Origin: Camelus ferus
Lineage: Eukaryota
DNA length: 64,000 nt
Direction of reading: 5' to 3'
NCBI RefSeq assembly: GCF_009834535.1
Contig: NC_045697.1
Coordinates: 3,286,001 to 3,350,000 of the forward strand
Below are positions 22,931-35,723 of the stretch, one piece after another. The notes beneath the pieces are model-generated. The model saw only the letters and a program-made list of their open reading frames with translations. It was not told the origin of the DNA and searched no databases. A program made the translations under genes and the position numbers. The first letter of the stretch is position 1, and each line of letters starts with the position of its first letter.

Positions 22931-24954
22931 TGATCCCCGCTAGGCACATTTCAGAGAAGCAAAGTCATTTGCGAGGGCGCCCAGCTCCAGGCCGCCCACT
23001 GTGGACTCCCTCCACTCCCCGGGACTCTCACTTTGTGGTCTTTGGGCACGGGTTGCTTTTCGCTGGTTCCTCGGCTGGCTGGCTTCTGCTCGGCCTCAAC
23101 TCAGTCTGCACCCCTTCCTCCAGGAAGCACGCCCTGACTCCCACCCCTGGGGCTGGCCAGCTGTCCCTCACAGCACCCTCTAGACATGACACACCCAGTG
23201 GGAACCACTGTTGGGAGCTGGTCTTCCTGTAGAGTCTGGAGCTCCATGAGGGGTGGTCTGTTCCTCCCTGCGCCCCTGAGTGTGGGGCCTGGAGCCAGGT
23301 GCGCGGTACAGGCACTGCGGATATCTGCAAGGGCCATACGGGCCGTGCACGTTCCCTGCCTGCAGTGCCCTCGTCCCCGGCGCCCTTGTGCCGCCAGCCC
23401 TCGCCCCGTTCTCCCAGACACCTGCACCGCGCAGTGGCCATGAGAGAGCCTATCAGAGCCAGGGGTGACATGCCAGGGGTGACATGCCTGGTGGCCCCCT
23501 TGGAGCTGTTTCAGGCTGGATGAGGCCACCTGCCCTGTGCCCTGTGTATAGCTCTCAGCAAAAGGCAGGGAGCCTCGGGCTGTGCTCCTCTGCGTCCAGC
23601 TGGGGAGGTAAACCCTGACAAATGGTTCTCATTGTAAGCAAATGACCACGTTCATTACCTTCTTGGGGAGAGTGACTCCTCGCAGCTGTTAACAACTAGA
23701 AGATGAACACCACAGCCCCCGGCTCTGCCCAGAGGCCGCCTCCCACCCCAACTGACACCCCCCATGTCTGCCCCAGTCTCCACTCGCCCCAGACGGGATG
23801 CCCTCCCCAGCTCTGCCCACCCAGCATTTACTACCAGAACGCACGGCCTCTTGCAGGTGATCCCACTGGTGGGGGGTTCCCTGAGGGGAGGACCTGAGGG
23901 AGGAGCTTAAGGGTGAATGGCCGAGGGATGGAGTGCTGGCCAGGAGGATGGGTGGAGCTTGGGCGGACAGACCGGGCTAGGTCTCGTGTTCCCACTTACT
24001 TCCAGTCTGTGAGGGCTGGCCACCTGCCTTGCCTGAGCCTCAGCTCCTCACCTGGACCCTGGCTGAGGGACCACCCTGTACCCACCTCCAATGTGGACAA
24101 GAAAAGAGCGGGAGACCATGGAAGGTGGGGTCCAGGCTGGGCCTGCTGTAGGTGTGCGGTGGACATTTGTGGGATCCAAGTACAGGATGACACAGAGCAC
24201 AGGTGTTTTCCCGGGGGAGGGAGCACGGCATGCGAGCCAGGAGTCCTGCCCAGAGCCTCCCATCAGCCCCTCGGTGACACATGATGAAAGCAAGTGGAGG
24301 CTTAAATGGGGCACAGGTGGGGCGGGACCCCAGGGAGGGCTCAGGGAGGAGAGGGTCCTTACACATCTGAACCGCAGGTGGGGAGGCTCCATGCCCCACA
24401 TTCGGAGAGAGGAGTGCAGGGTCAAGAGGAAGACAGAGCGGGAGAGAGACAGACAAATGGTAGATGCACGGACAGAGGGCAGAGGGATGAGAAGCCCAGG
24501 GCTGGGGTCGGGGAGAGGCAGAGAGGCAGGGGGCCTGAGAGGGAAGGGGCCCCAATCTCTGTCCCTCAGGGCCACCTGGCCCTCCGTCTGTTTTCATGCA
24601 GTGGCTTTAGAGTGGAACAACTTTACAGTTGATGGCTGGCGATCAAGTCCATGGTGGGGACTACTAACCTGAACCCCAACTCAGCGAACTGTTATCTCTC
24701 CCGTAAAAGAATCTCATTTGTCTCATTAGTAGACCTATTACAAAGTTCTCCATTCCTCTGTTCTGAATTTCATTAAAAAGAGCAAGTTTTTTCTCCTGCT
24801 CTAAAAGTATCCTCTTGACCTGCAAAGCCAAAAATATCTGGCCCTTTGCAGGGCCCCGAGTCAGAGCATTGTGGGTGGGGGTGGGGGGAGCAGGAGGGGG
24901 GAGCAGGGGAGGGGTGAGACCAGGCCCCACACGCCCCAGGCCCCCGCATCCCAC

Positions 24955-25134
24955 CTGGAGGATGTCGATGATCACGTTCTCCTCCGCCTGCCGCGAGCTG
25001 CGCACGTCCTCCAGCACCAGCGAGTAGCGCACGCCGCTCGGGTCCGACTGGTACAGGTTGTAGGTGTCGGTCTGGTACCACTCCTGCACCGCCACGAACA
25101 CCTGGCTCTCGTCCGTGCTGATGACCTGCAGATC
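24955..25134 (-). CDS. SORCS2: SORCS2 exon 9 (180 nt): DLQVISTDESQVFVAVQEWYQTDTYNLYQSDPSGVRYSLVLEDVRSSRQAEENVIIDILQ
   Basis: Acceptor ctgtccccag|GAT, donor CAG|gtggga; within ORF 24664..25314. Confidence 0.96.
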
Positions 25135-27289
25135 CTGGGGACAGACGGTGGCGGGGCCAGGGTCAGGCGTGGGTGGAGGGCTGGCGCGGGAGAGTAAAGC
25201 TGGCCTGGGGGGAGTGGGGAGAGATGGGGCAGGCCTGGGGGAAGGGGTGAGCAGGCCTGGTGGGGTGGCAGCGCAGGCTGGCCTCAGGCCTGGCAGGAGT
25301 GGGGACTTGGCCATGGCCTCTTGGAATTGGGCTGACCTAGATTTCCATTCTGGCTCTGCTCTCAGCTCTGTGACCTTAGAGAAGTCCCTTTACTTCCCTG
25401 GGCCTCCGTTTTCCTGCCTCCAAAGTGGGAGTGTTCAGACCCTCCATACTGGGTGGTGGGAGGGACACCCAGGCACTTGGTGGGGCGCAGAAACACCTCC
25501 GTCCCCCACGGCGTCCCATCAGGCTGTCTGCCCGTCTGTCCCTGCAGTGAAGGGGAGTTCTTCCTCCATGCACCCCCAGACTGTCAGAATCACCCCAGAC
25601 CATCACCTCTGGGAGGTGGGATGGGTCTCCTTCCCAGACGCCCTCCCCCATCCCATCCCGAGGGTCAGACAAGTCATCTGTTGGTTCATTTATTCTGCAC
25701 AGATTCATTAAGCACCTACTGTGTGCCAGGCCCTCTTCTAGGCTCTGGGCTTCACTGGGGACCCACCCTGGTCTCTGTTCTCAGGGAATGTGCACTGGGC
25801 GGGAGGAACAGGTTAATTCGCTCCAGCCTCACGTCCAGGACATCATTACCGGCTGCTCGGTGCCCTTTACCCACAGCTCCTCTGGGCCAGGTCCCCTCAG
25901 GTGCCCAGGGCCCTGTGGGAGCCGAGGGCAGGCACCACGCCAGCAGGCGGGCGGGAGGGCTGTCCTGAGGAGGTGTGCAGCCCAGGCCCCGCGTCATTGT
26001 CACCTGGAGCAGGAGGCCAGGCCGCTCATGAGGGCCCGGCAGCCGTCTCGGGCTTCAGTTCCAGATTTTACAGTTCAGAATTGAAAAACCCCAATCAAAT
26101 ACAAAGGAAGAAGAAGAAACCCAGGGCTAACCTCGGTTTCTTGTTTTGCTTTTTGCTCCCAGCCAGCGCCAGCTGCGGTGTGGGAGCCACCTGAACAGGC
26201 GTCGGAGCAAGCCAGCCTGTTTTAGAGCCGTGACGAGCTTTTCTTCTTCAGCCTCTACTGCCCTGCCTCCATCACGCAGGGGCTGTGATTGCCCCTCTGG
26301 CAGTAGAGCTGCCGCGACCCGGGAGCTGCAGACGGCTGGCGGAGGCGAGGGCACTGCCGGCCACAGCGGCAGAGGCTGTCCCTCTCCAGCCCGCCCGCTG
26401 CGGGTGGCACAGTTTTGGGAGACCCTCTGCATCCCATCTTCTCATCTGATCCTAGGGCCCAGAGACGGGACACTTCTCTCTCTCTAATAACTGATCCCTA
26501 TTAGGGTCCCTATTCTGTCCTGTTGGGAGAGAACTTCAGTTGACAGAAGAGGCCTCCTGGGCAGGGCACAGGCTGGTGACGACCCCTTCTCCTACGGTCT
26601 GCACTGCCCCCCGACACTGAGCAGCCAACAGATGTGGCTTTGAAGAAAAGGGACGCAGTGCTGTGAAGTACCTACGATGCACCTCCAACCAGGCAGAGCC
26701 CTGGCAGCACGAGCAGGGCCCTTGGTCTGTGGATGTAAATCTCACCCACAGACTGGATGGGACCCAAGCAGCTCACGGCCAGGGAAGGATGACAGAGGTC
26801 AGGGGTCCCAGGCCTGGTGGTTCCCATCTGTGAAATGGGACAGCAGGCTGGTGGGGGTCGAGGGATGCGTGTGAAATCTGGCATGGGGAGCAAGGTCATC
26901 GCTGCTCCTCCCCCGCCCCTTATTTCTCCACGCTCAGCCACAGGCCAGGCTGCAGCGTCCGTTGGCGTGCTGGTCGCTCTGCGGCCTCAGCAGGAGAAGG
27001 CCTTCCTGGGCCCGTGGCTCCGAGCTGAGGCGGTACTGGCGTCAGTTACAGAGGGAGCAATCAGTATCTACCGTCATCGCATCAAGTCCGACTTGGTCTC
27101 CTCCGCCCCTGGGTAAATGTTCACTGTCATCTGGGAGACAGAGGAAACACATGAAGGGAGGAAGAGCTGCCGGCAGCGCCACCCCACAGAGACCTGCCGT
27201 TAGCAGTTGAAGATGTCTCCTCCTGGGCGCTCTCCCAGGAGTGGCTCGTACGCCTCTCCACGTACGGCGCGTGGCTGCTCTTCCACGTT

Positions 27290-27720
27290 ACACGGGGAAC
27301 GCTTTCCTCTGGCATTAAGGTTATTGATGAACACCACTGTCAGTGACTGCGCGATGCTCCCTTTTGTGGATGTTCCGTATTTCAGTGAACACGTCCTCAC
27401 TGGTGAGCCTCTAATCGTTACGTGCAAGGCAGTCATGAACATTCCCAGACACAGATCTCTGCAGCTCTGGTTATATCCTCAGCATAAATCTAAGGAGGGA
27501 AATTGCTGCAAGGGGGAGCAGGAACATTTTTAAAGCTCTTGTGCATGTTACTCAGTGATTGTCCTGAGAGTTTATATTAATTCCTTCCCTACCAGCAGGG
27601 CCGGAGGGCATTCTTTTCACTTCTTGCATTGAGAAACATCTTTTAAAAATCCTTGCTGATTAGAGGATGATAAGTAATTTGCAATTTTTTCTTAAATTTG
27701 CATTACGCTATTCTTTTTTT
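27290..27720 (-). mobile_element. Ancient L1ME-type 3' fragment
   Basis: Degenerate match to L1ME 3' region (gcagtcatgaacattccc.gacac...ttatatcctcagcataaat.ct.a..aggg.aattgctg). Confidence 0.55.
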
Positions 27721-27864
27721 TTAAGGTTAGAAGCAGAGACATTTAGTTAACTCCATTTTTAAACAAAAGATGAAAAATATTACACACATGTATATGTGTT
27801 TGTATGTATATATATTTATATGGCCTGGAGAAATATGTGGAAGGAAATACCAAATGTCAATATT

Positions 27865-28355
27865 TGTTATCAGGTAGAATTAGGTTTGATTGTAAGTAAT
27901 AGAAACTGGGGCGGTGGTGGGGGAGTGACTCAAACGAGATAGAAACTCATTTCTCATGTATGTAAAAGAAGTCCAGAGGTAACGTTCCAGTATGGAAGTT
28001 CTACAAGATTACCAGGGACAGAGGTTCTTTCTGGGTCACCATTCTACTGTCCCATGAGCTGGCCCTTATCCTCATGGCTCAGGATGGTTGCTAGGGCTTC
28101 AGCCATCACGTCAACATGCAAGGCAACAGGAGGGAGAGAGGACAGAGTGAGAGAAAGGCTTGCCTTTAAAAGAGGGCTCTGAGAAGTCTCATAGATATGA
28201 CAATTCCACTTACACCTCATTGACCAGATGTTGGAAACATGACCACATGTAGCCACAAGGGAAGCTGGGAAATATAGTCCTAGCCAGGAAGCAATGTACT
28301 AGCTAAAATTGGGGGCTTGTTAAACTAAAATGAAGGGGAAGAATGAATATTGAAA
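27865..28355 (-). mobile_element. Old MLT1 (J/K-like) LTR
   Basis: gatggttgctagggcttcagccatcacgtc; catgaccacatgtagccacaagggaagctgggaaatatagtc. Confidence 0.65.
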
Positions 28356-28599
28356 AGTCTCTGAGTTCCTACAACAGCTACCTTGAGAACGAGGATGTGA
28401 GATCGTCATGAGGAGGAGGAATGGAGAGGGGAGCAGGTAGAAATGGGATATATATTTGTGTTATTCCATTAGTTCTAGTGAAAACATCTTGAAGAAGTAA
28501 TTTTGGAAAATTTAAGAACATTTTAAATAAACACAACGGGGGAAATTTCCCCATAGATTTTCACATAAAATTCAAGGAACAATGTAATGAACCAACACC

Positions 28600-29172
28600 T
28601 TCATCAAGTTCTTCCAGCGCTTTGATTATGGCAACTCACTGCCTTCTGATTTCCCAGGTTTCTGATGAGAAATCTGCTTACAATCTTATTGACGATCACT
28701 TGTTTGTGACAAGTTGCTTCTCTCTTGCTGCCTTCAAGATCCTTTGTCTTTCAGAAGTTTGACTGTAATGTGTCTTGGTGTGGAACTCTCAGCGTTCGGA
28801 GCCCATCAAGCTTTTTAAGTGTGTATAGTCATGTCTTTCATCCAATTTTAAGGACGTTCTTGGCCACTATTTCTCCAAATAATTTCTCTGCCCCTTTCTC
28901 ACTCTCTTCTCCTTCTGGGACTTGCATAATGCATCTGTTGGTTCACTTGATAGTGTCCCATAGGTCTCAGATGGTGTTCACTTTTCTTTAATCTTTTTTC
29001 TTTCTACTCCTCAGATTTTATCATTTCAATTGTCCTATCTTCAAGTTCTCTGATTCTTTCTTCTGTCTGCTCAGATCTGTTTTTGAATCTCTCTAGAGGA
29101 TTTTCCATTTCAATTACTGATCCCTTTAACTCCAGAATTTCTTTTTGGTTCCATTTATTCAATTTTTTGGTA
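28600..29172 (-). mobile_element. Old L1M ORF1-region fragment, left part (split by Tigger1)
   Basis: ORF 29004..29249 encodes L1 ORF1p-like coiled coil (QKEILELKGSVIEMENPLERFKNRSEQTEERIRELEDRTIEMIKSEE); T-rich plus strand. Boundary approximate. Confidence 0.8.
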
Positions 29173-31538
29173 CAGGCAGACCTCAGAGATATTGTGGGTT
29201 CAGTTCCAGGCCACCACAATAAAGCAAATATCACAGTTAAGCTAGTCACACAAATTTGTTGGTTTTTCAGTGTATATAAAAGTTACGTTTACACTACACC
29301 ATAGTCTATTAAGAGTGCAATAGCAGTGTGTCTTACAAAATGCACATACGTTAGTTAAAAAATACTTCATTGCTAAAAAATGTTAACCATCATCTGAGAC
29401 TTCAGTGAGTCAGTAATCTTTTTGCTTGCTCGAGTTGGGGTGGGGCGGTGGGGTCTCGCCTCAATGTTGATGGCCACAGACTGATCGGGGTGGTGGTTGC
29501 TGAAGGCTGGGGTGGCCGTGGCTTTTTCCTAAAATAAGACATGATGTTCACTGCATTGACTGGCTCTTTCTTTTATGAATATTTTCTCTGTAGACTGCAA
29601 TGCTGTTTGATAGCATTTTATCCACAGCAAAACTCCTTTCAAAATTAGAGTCAGTCATCTCAAACTGCCACTGCTCTATCAACTAAGTTTACCTAATGTG
29701 CGAAGCCTTCTGTTGTTATTTCAACAGTCTTCACCCTGTCTTCACCAGGAGTAGATTCCATCTCTTTCTTGGCTTGTCCATAAAAAGCAACTCCTCATCT
29801 ATCAAAGTTTTAGCATGAAGTTGCAGTAATTGATTCCCATCTTCAGGCTCCACTTCTAATTCTGGTTCTCGTGCTGTTTCCAACACATCTGCAGTTACTT
29901 CCTCTATTGAAGTCTTGAATTTCTCAGTCATCTATGAGGGCTGGAGTTAACTTCTTCCAAGTTCCTGTGAGTGTCGATGTTCTGACCTTGTCCCATGACC
30001 ATGAATGTTCTTCATGACATTTAGAATGGTGGGTCCTTTCCAGAAGGTTTTCAATCGACTTTGCTCAGATCCATCAGAGGTATCACTGTCTGTGGCAGCT
30101 ACAGCCTTATGAAATGTATTTCTTAAATAAGAAGACTTGAAGTTTGAAATTACTCCCTGATGCATGGATTGCAGAAGGGGTGTTGTATTAGCAGGCATGA
30201 AAACAGTTTGCACCTCACTGTCCACCTCCCTCAAGCTCATGGGCGATTAGGTGCATTGGTAAATGAGCAGTCATGCTTTGAAAGGAATCTTTTCTTCCTG
30301 AGCAGTGCATCTCAACAGTGGACCTCAAATATTCAGTAAGCCATGTTGTAAACAGATGTGCTGTCACTCAGGTTTTGTTCCATTTACCAACAGCACAGGC
30401 AGAGGAGATTGAGCATAATTTTTAAGGGGCCTAAGATTTTCAGACGGTAAATGAGTATCGACTTCAACTTAAAGCCACCAGCTGCGTTAGCCCCTAATAA
30501 GAGAGTCAGCCCGTCTTTTGAAGCCAGGCACTGACTTCTCCTCTCTAATTATGGAAGTTCTAGATGCCATCTCCTTCCGATGGAAGGCTTTTTGTCTGCA
30601 CTGAAGGTCCGCTGCGCAGCGCGGCCTCCCTCACTCGCAATCTAAGCTAGGTTGGGGGAACTTGCTGCGGCGGCTCCGGCAGCACTCACTGCTGCACTCC
30701 GCACTTCCGTGTTGCGGACGCGGCTTCTTTCCTTAAATCGCATGGACCAACCTCTGCGATCTTCGCGCTTTCCTTCTGCAGCTTCCCCGCCTCTCTCAGC
30801 CTTCACAGGACTGAAGAGAGTCAGCGCCTGGCTCAGGACGAGGCCTTGGGTGAAGGGAATGCTGTGGCTGGTTTGATCTTCTGTCCAGACCACTCCAGCT
30901 TTCTCAACACCAGCAATGAGGCTGTTTCACTTTCTTATCATTCATGCGTTCATCAGGGAAGCACTTTTAATTTCCTCCCAGAACTTCTCCTTTGCGGCCA
31001 CAACCTGGCTGTTCGGTGCAAGAGGCCTCACTTTTGTCCTGTTTGGCTTCTGACACGCCTGCCTCGCTAAGTGTGATCATTCCTAGGTTTTGATTTAAGG
31101 CGAGAGATGTGTGACTTTTCCACTCACTGAAACAGAGGTCATTGTAGGGGTGTTAACTGGCCTAATTTCAATACTGTTGTGTCTCAGGGAACAGGGAGGC
31201 TGAGGAGAAGAAGAAAGACGGGGGGATGGCTGGTTGGTGGACCAGTCAGAATGCACACAACATTGATCAACTAAGTTTGCCCCCAAACAATTACGCCAGT
31301 AACATCAGAGAGCACTGATCACAGACCACCATATCAAATATGGTGATAATGGAAAAGTTTCAGCTACTGTGAGATCTACCAACATGTGGCACAGAGACAC
31401 AAAGTGAGCAAAGCGCTGTTGGAAAAATGGCGCCAATAGACTTGCTCCAAGCCAGGTCGCCACAAACTTATAACTTGTAAAAAATGCGCTATCTGGAAAG
31501 CGCAATAAAGCAAAGCACAGTAAGAGAAGGTGTGCCGG
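29173..31538 (-). mobile_element. Tigger1 (TcMar-Tigger) DNA transposon, near full length (~2.37 kb), transposase disrupted
   Basis: TA followed by TIR caggcagacctcagagatattg at 29171-29194; degenerate opposite TIR ending gtgtgccgg at 31538; transposase remnants in ORFs 30642..30893, 29947..30240 and 29731..29931 (e.g. VFMPANTTPLLQSMHQGVISNFKSSYLRNTFHKA), split by stops and frameshifts. Confidence 0.93.
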
Positions 31539-32290
31539 TTCTATTTCGTTCATACACTGTTTTCCTGGCTTTCTCCACGCTTCCTTTAGTTCTTTGAGCA
31601 TCTTGAAGACAGCCGTACTAAAGTCTTTGTCTAGTAGGTCTGCCATCTGGCCTTTCTGTTTGGTATTTTTTTCCTTTGAAGGGCTCATATTTTCTTTATA
31701 TGCCTTGTGGTATTTTGTTGTCGAAAACTGGGCGTTGGAATCTAATAATATGGTGACTCTGGAAATCAGGTTGTCTCCCTTGCCTGGGGTTTGCTGGGGA
31801 TTTTTGGTTTTGATTTTGATTTTGGTTACTGCCGGCTGCCTCTGTACCAGGGATCAGCCTGAGGTGTAAGCTGAAGTTCTCAGCTCTTTCCTGAGCCTGA
31901 GTCTTCCCCTGGGCATGCATGGTAGCTTTCTAAATCCCCCCATCTATGTGGTTGCTTTGAACGTCCTAGTCCTTAAATGTTGGCTCCCAAAGGGGAAAAA
32001 AGGAAAATAAAGGTGCAGTGGGGTTGGAAACAGGCTCCGGCCCTTTAAATCCCTTGGAAGCTGCTTCAGCTGGTGGCAGGCGGCACTGATAGCGGCTTGC
32101 CTGGGTGTCTGCACCCATGATCGGAAGCAACAATCAACAGTCAGCACAGACTCCCAGTACTGGGGGACATGGTCCAGAATGTCAGGGCAAGGCTCTGATG
32201 CCCACCTTGGCTCCTGCAAGCTGCTCCAGGGGCCCATGCCCGGCTCCCTGCCATGGGCCTGGGGAGGCAGTGGCGTAGCTGCTACCATGG
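31539..32290 (-). mobile_element. Old L1M 5'UTR/ORF1-start fragment, right part
   Basis: Continues the L1 sequence after the Tigger1 TIR; ORF 31305..31688 begins with ORF1-like MADLLDKDFSTAVFKMLKELKE. Boundary approximate. Confidence 0.75.
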
Positions 32291-32699
32291 GGAGAGCTAA
32301 CGCTGGGGAAATTAACTTTGATTTACTGCACAGGCGTTCCCCTGGTTCAAGCCTTTGGATAGACTCCCGTGTTCCAAAACAGTTACACCAGGTAGCGTCT
32401 GCCAGTGCAACTGCTGTTCAAGGGAGAAGATGGACCCCCGGTGCGCCCCAGGCCACCATCTTCCCTGATGTCACTTCCTCCTTTATTCTTACCCTTTATG
32501 GATTTTATTTTATAGAAACATATTATGGATAAAATATTGTTTTACTTTAAAGTACATTTGCATTTACTTTAAGCTTATGAATATTTTTATATAATTGATG
32601 GTTTTTTGGATTTTTCTCCTCTTTGTCTGTTTACAGCCTTTGCCCATTTATTGTCCCATTAGGGAACATAAGTATTCTTTAAAATCTCTGCAAGTAAGT

Positions 32700-33240
32700 A
32701 ATTCAAGCAAAGGATGCTGGCAAATATAATACAAACTGTCCGCCCACTACGGTTTTCAGACACAGGTGAGGTAAAACAGCCGAACGGTACTGTGGATACT
32801 TTCTCAAGCAGAAGGAAACCGGGAAGGCTTGATGCGATGCAGAATATGGCAAAGCTGCGTTGAAGCTCCTCTAAGCTAACTTTGCTGGTGGCAAGGCGAA
32901 CCCTTTTAGGAAGGAACTAAGCCACACAAATATTTATCCTTTGTCCAGAAGTTCTTCTCAGACTAAGTTGAGAAAATAAAACAAACAAACAAAAATACCT
33001 GCAGGCACAAATATATTCATGGAAGCACTGTTTATGATTGCAAAATACGGAAACAACCCAAATGTATAAACAACAGGAATCTGGCTTAGCTGAATAAGGT
33101 ACGTCTCCTCCATTGAACGTTTCGCAGTCATTTAAAGTGGATATCGTGTCGTTCGGGAAAAACTCTCCTGAGACGATGTCACGTGAGAGACAGGCTGTGG
33201 ACCGAGTGTCTGCAGTGATGCAAGTACAGAAAAGTCGGTC
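32700..33240 (+). mobile_element. Ancient L1ME-type ORF2-end/3'UTR fragment
   Basis: atattcatggaagcactgtttatgattgcaaaatacggaaacaacccaaatgt motif. Confidence 0.6.
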
Positions 33241-34947
33241 TGGCAGGGGGCCAAGGGTGGAGGAAAACCAAACAGGGCTGGGTGCGGAGGGCAGGAGGGA
33301 GGGAGGCTGTGGTGAGCGCCCCTCGGCTCTGATTTCTATGGTTTTCATGATGTTAGTTGGGCAATTAAAGGGAAAAAAAAAGAAAGATGGAGTGCTTTGA
33401 GGGGAGGAAACGGGCAAGAGTTACAAATTCACCCTATAACAACAAAATCTGATGAGGAAACTCAATTAGCCAGCTCTCCAAGTCGTTGGTAGGAGCACCA
33501 GGGTCTGGCTGCTCTCCTGAGTTTGGTGAAGAGGAAGCAGATGGCTTCCTGGATGGGCAAAGCTCTCAGCAAGACCATATGTGGGCTTGGAGACCCCGCA
33601 GGGCTCAGGGCGGGGGGCAATCCCTGATTGTTGCTCAGCTGGCCCGTTGTCCTCCACCGCCTGTCACTGGGTCCTGGACGGGCCCCCCGAGAGAGGACAC
33701 TTAGTGCCAATGCCAATGCCACAGATATGAATGGGTCCCTGGTCTTCCCTTGAAACTGGATGACGGGAGGGACATAGTGTCTGATTCTGTCACCCACTTG
33801 TGATGGAGGGCTGTACTTCCATCACTGCCCCGTGATTCTTTCCAATGACCCCTATTTCTACAGAAATGGGCAAGAAGGAAGCTGACAGGTAGCACGTGAG
33901 GTCAAGGGTCTGTGGTGGAACGCACGCACGGTGCTTCTTGCAAACCCTGCCGAAGACTCTGAGGAACACCCATGCCGTCTCAGCCGAGGACCAAGGAGGT
34001 TCAGTGCTCAGGGTCACAGAGGATATGGCTTGTGGCTGTAGCTCCTTAGAATGCCCTCAGAAATGGCCTGGACTCTGGTCCAGCCTCCCCAGTCCCAGGA
34101 GAGGGGCAGTAGGTGCCCAGGTCCCAATGCCAGAAGGGAAGGACGCAGGTATCCAACCCCAGGACTAAGGCCCAGGACCCAGGATGCTGTAGTCCCAGGA
34201 GAGGAGGAGGAACCTCTCAGAAGATGAATAGGCCCCTCACCCCCCAGGAAGCCAAAGGCACCTGCCCTACAGGAGACATCAGCCTTTCATTTCCTTACTC
34301 TGGAAGACTGGAGGGGCTCTATCAGGCTGACTCCTTTCTTTTCTATTTTTTCCCCCTCTTCCTTTTCTTTTTCTAAAGAGATGTTTTAAACAGTTTTTAA
34401 AAGCCTCAGGAACTTTCCCATTTCTGGCTCACAAGGGGTCTGAGGGTGACCCATGCAGGAGTTCTGCATCCAAGTCTCATCCAGCAACCACAGCCCCCAG
34501 GCCTGCCTGCAGGGCCCCGGGCATCCATCTCCTCTTGCCCCATCCCCTCTCTCTGCCCTCCAGCCTGCCTTCTCCTGCCCCGGGGCCTTTGCACCCACAC
34601 AGCCAGCCACCTGACAGCTTTTCCCCCAACATGTGGGCTTCAGATGAAAATGCCCCTCCATCACTCTCACTCCCTCCACAGCACAGATCACAGCCTGCAA
34701 TTATTTTACACATTTGTCTGCTTGATTTCCCGCCTGTTTCCTCTCTGAAACCCCCACCAGAGCAAGAAACTGGGGTGTCCGACTCGCAGCTGTAGCCTCA
34801 GCTCCCAGCTTACGTCTGACGCTCAGGAAGTCTCTGCAGGAGGAAGGTCTCCCTCAGTCCGCGCTCCTGAGCTGTGCACATAGGACAGCGCTCTGCCCTC
34901 TGGAGGGGGCGCGGCAGGAGGCTGGCTCAGACGCGTCCGAAGCTCGG

Positions 34948-35045
34948 TTTGAGACCTGCTTTGGTTTCTTACTAGCTGTGTGACCTCAGACAGGACTCTC
35001 AGCCTCTTTGAATGCCAGTCACCTCCTCTGTAAAACTGGAATAAC
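34948..35045 (+). mobile_element. MIR SINE fragment
   Basis: cttactagctgtgtgacctcagacagg...cctctttgaatgccagtcacctcctctgtaaaactggaataac. Confidence 0.7.
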
Positions 35046-35633
35046 GCATCAGTAGGCAGGGGGCTGTCCATCCTGAGGCAGGGCTGGGCGGGGTCTGAGC
35101 AGCCTCTCCATCCCCCTCTTTGCCTGTCAGCCAAGGGGAAGGAAGCAGCATTAATTAAGCACCTACTGTGTACCAGCCACCATATCAGGCAGTTGGAATG
35201 CAAGTGAATAAAACAGAAAGTGCCCCGCACCCCAGAAATTCCAGATGAAAGCAGGAGACAGACACAGGGGGGTCCCAGAAGTGTCAGGAAGGAGAAGGGT
35301 GGGGTGTGAGCAGGAACCTGAGGCCTGGACCAGCCCCAAGAGTCACCAGGAAGAGATAGTTCTCCGAAACATCACATGTGTAGGAATTTGGGGAAGAGAA
35401 AGACCAGGCAGAGGGAAGAGCACGGCAGAGGCCCTAAGACAGGAGGACGTGGGGCACCTGTGAGACGGAGTGGAGCTAGGGGGTGGAGTAGCTGGAGGAG
35501 GCACGGCCCCCCTTTCTTGTCCATCCTGACCTGGTGACCACCAAGCACATGCCCGGGAGCCCTGTGGCCCCATGAGTCACTGCAGGCTCAGGACTTGGCT
35601 CAGGCCCAGGCAGAACGCGGAAGTCACTCTTAC

Positions 35634-35723
35634 CTTTGGCAGTGCGTACTTCGGCAGCTTCATCAGGACAAATTCATTGCGGCGATAAGAGATGTAGTAT
35701 TTGGTCTGGTTTGTTGAGGTTGC
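35634..35723 (-). CDS. SORCS2: SORCS2 exon 8 (90 nt): ATSTNQTKYYISYRRNEFVLMKLPKYALPK
   Basis: Acceptor cctcccattag|GCA, donor AAG|gtaaga; not highlighted by the ORF track, found by reading the minus strand. Confidence 0.95.

Noticed and set aside
29700-31143. Possible domesticated or exon-trapped Tigger transposase (TIGD1-, SETMAR- or CSB-PGBD3-like fusion)
   Set aside because: The frame stops 16 codons after the ATG and the rest is split by several stops and frameshifts.
34871-34892. Possible REST/RE1 site (ctgtgcacataggacagcgct)
   Set aside because: Only the GGACAGCGC half matches; the left half deviates from TTCAGCACC at several key positions.
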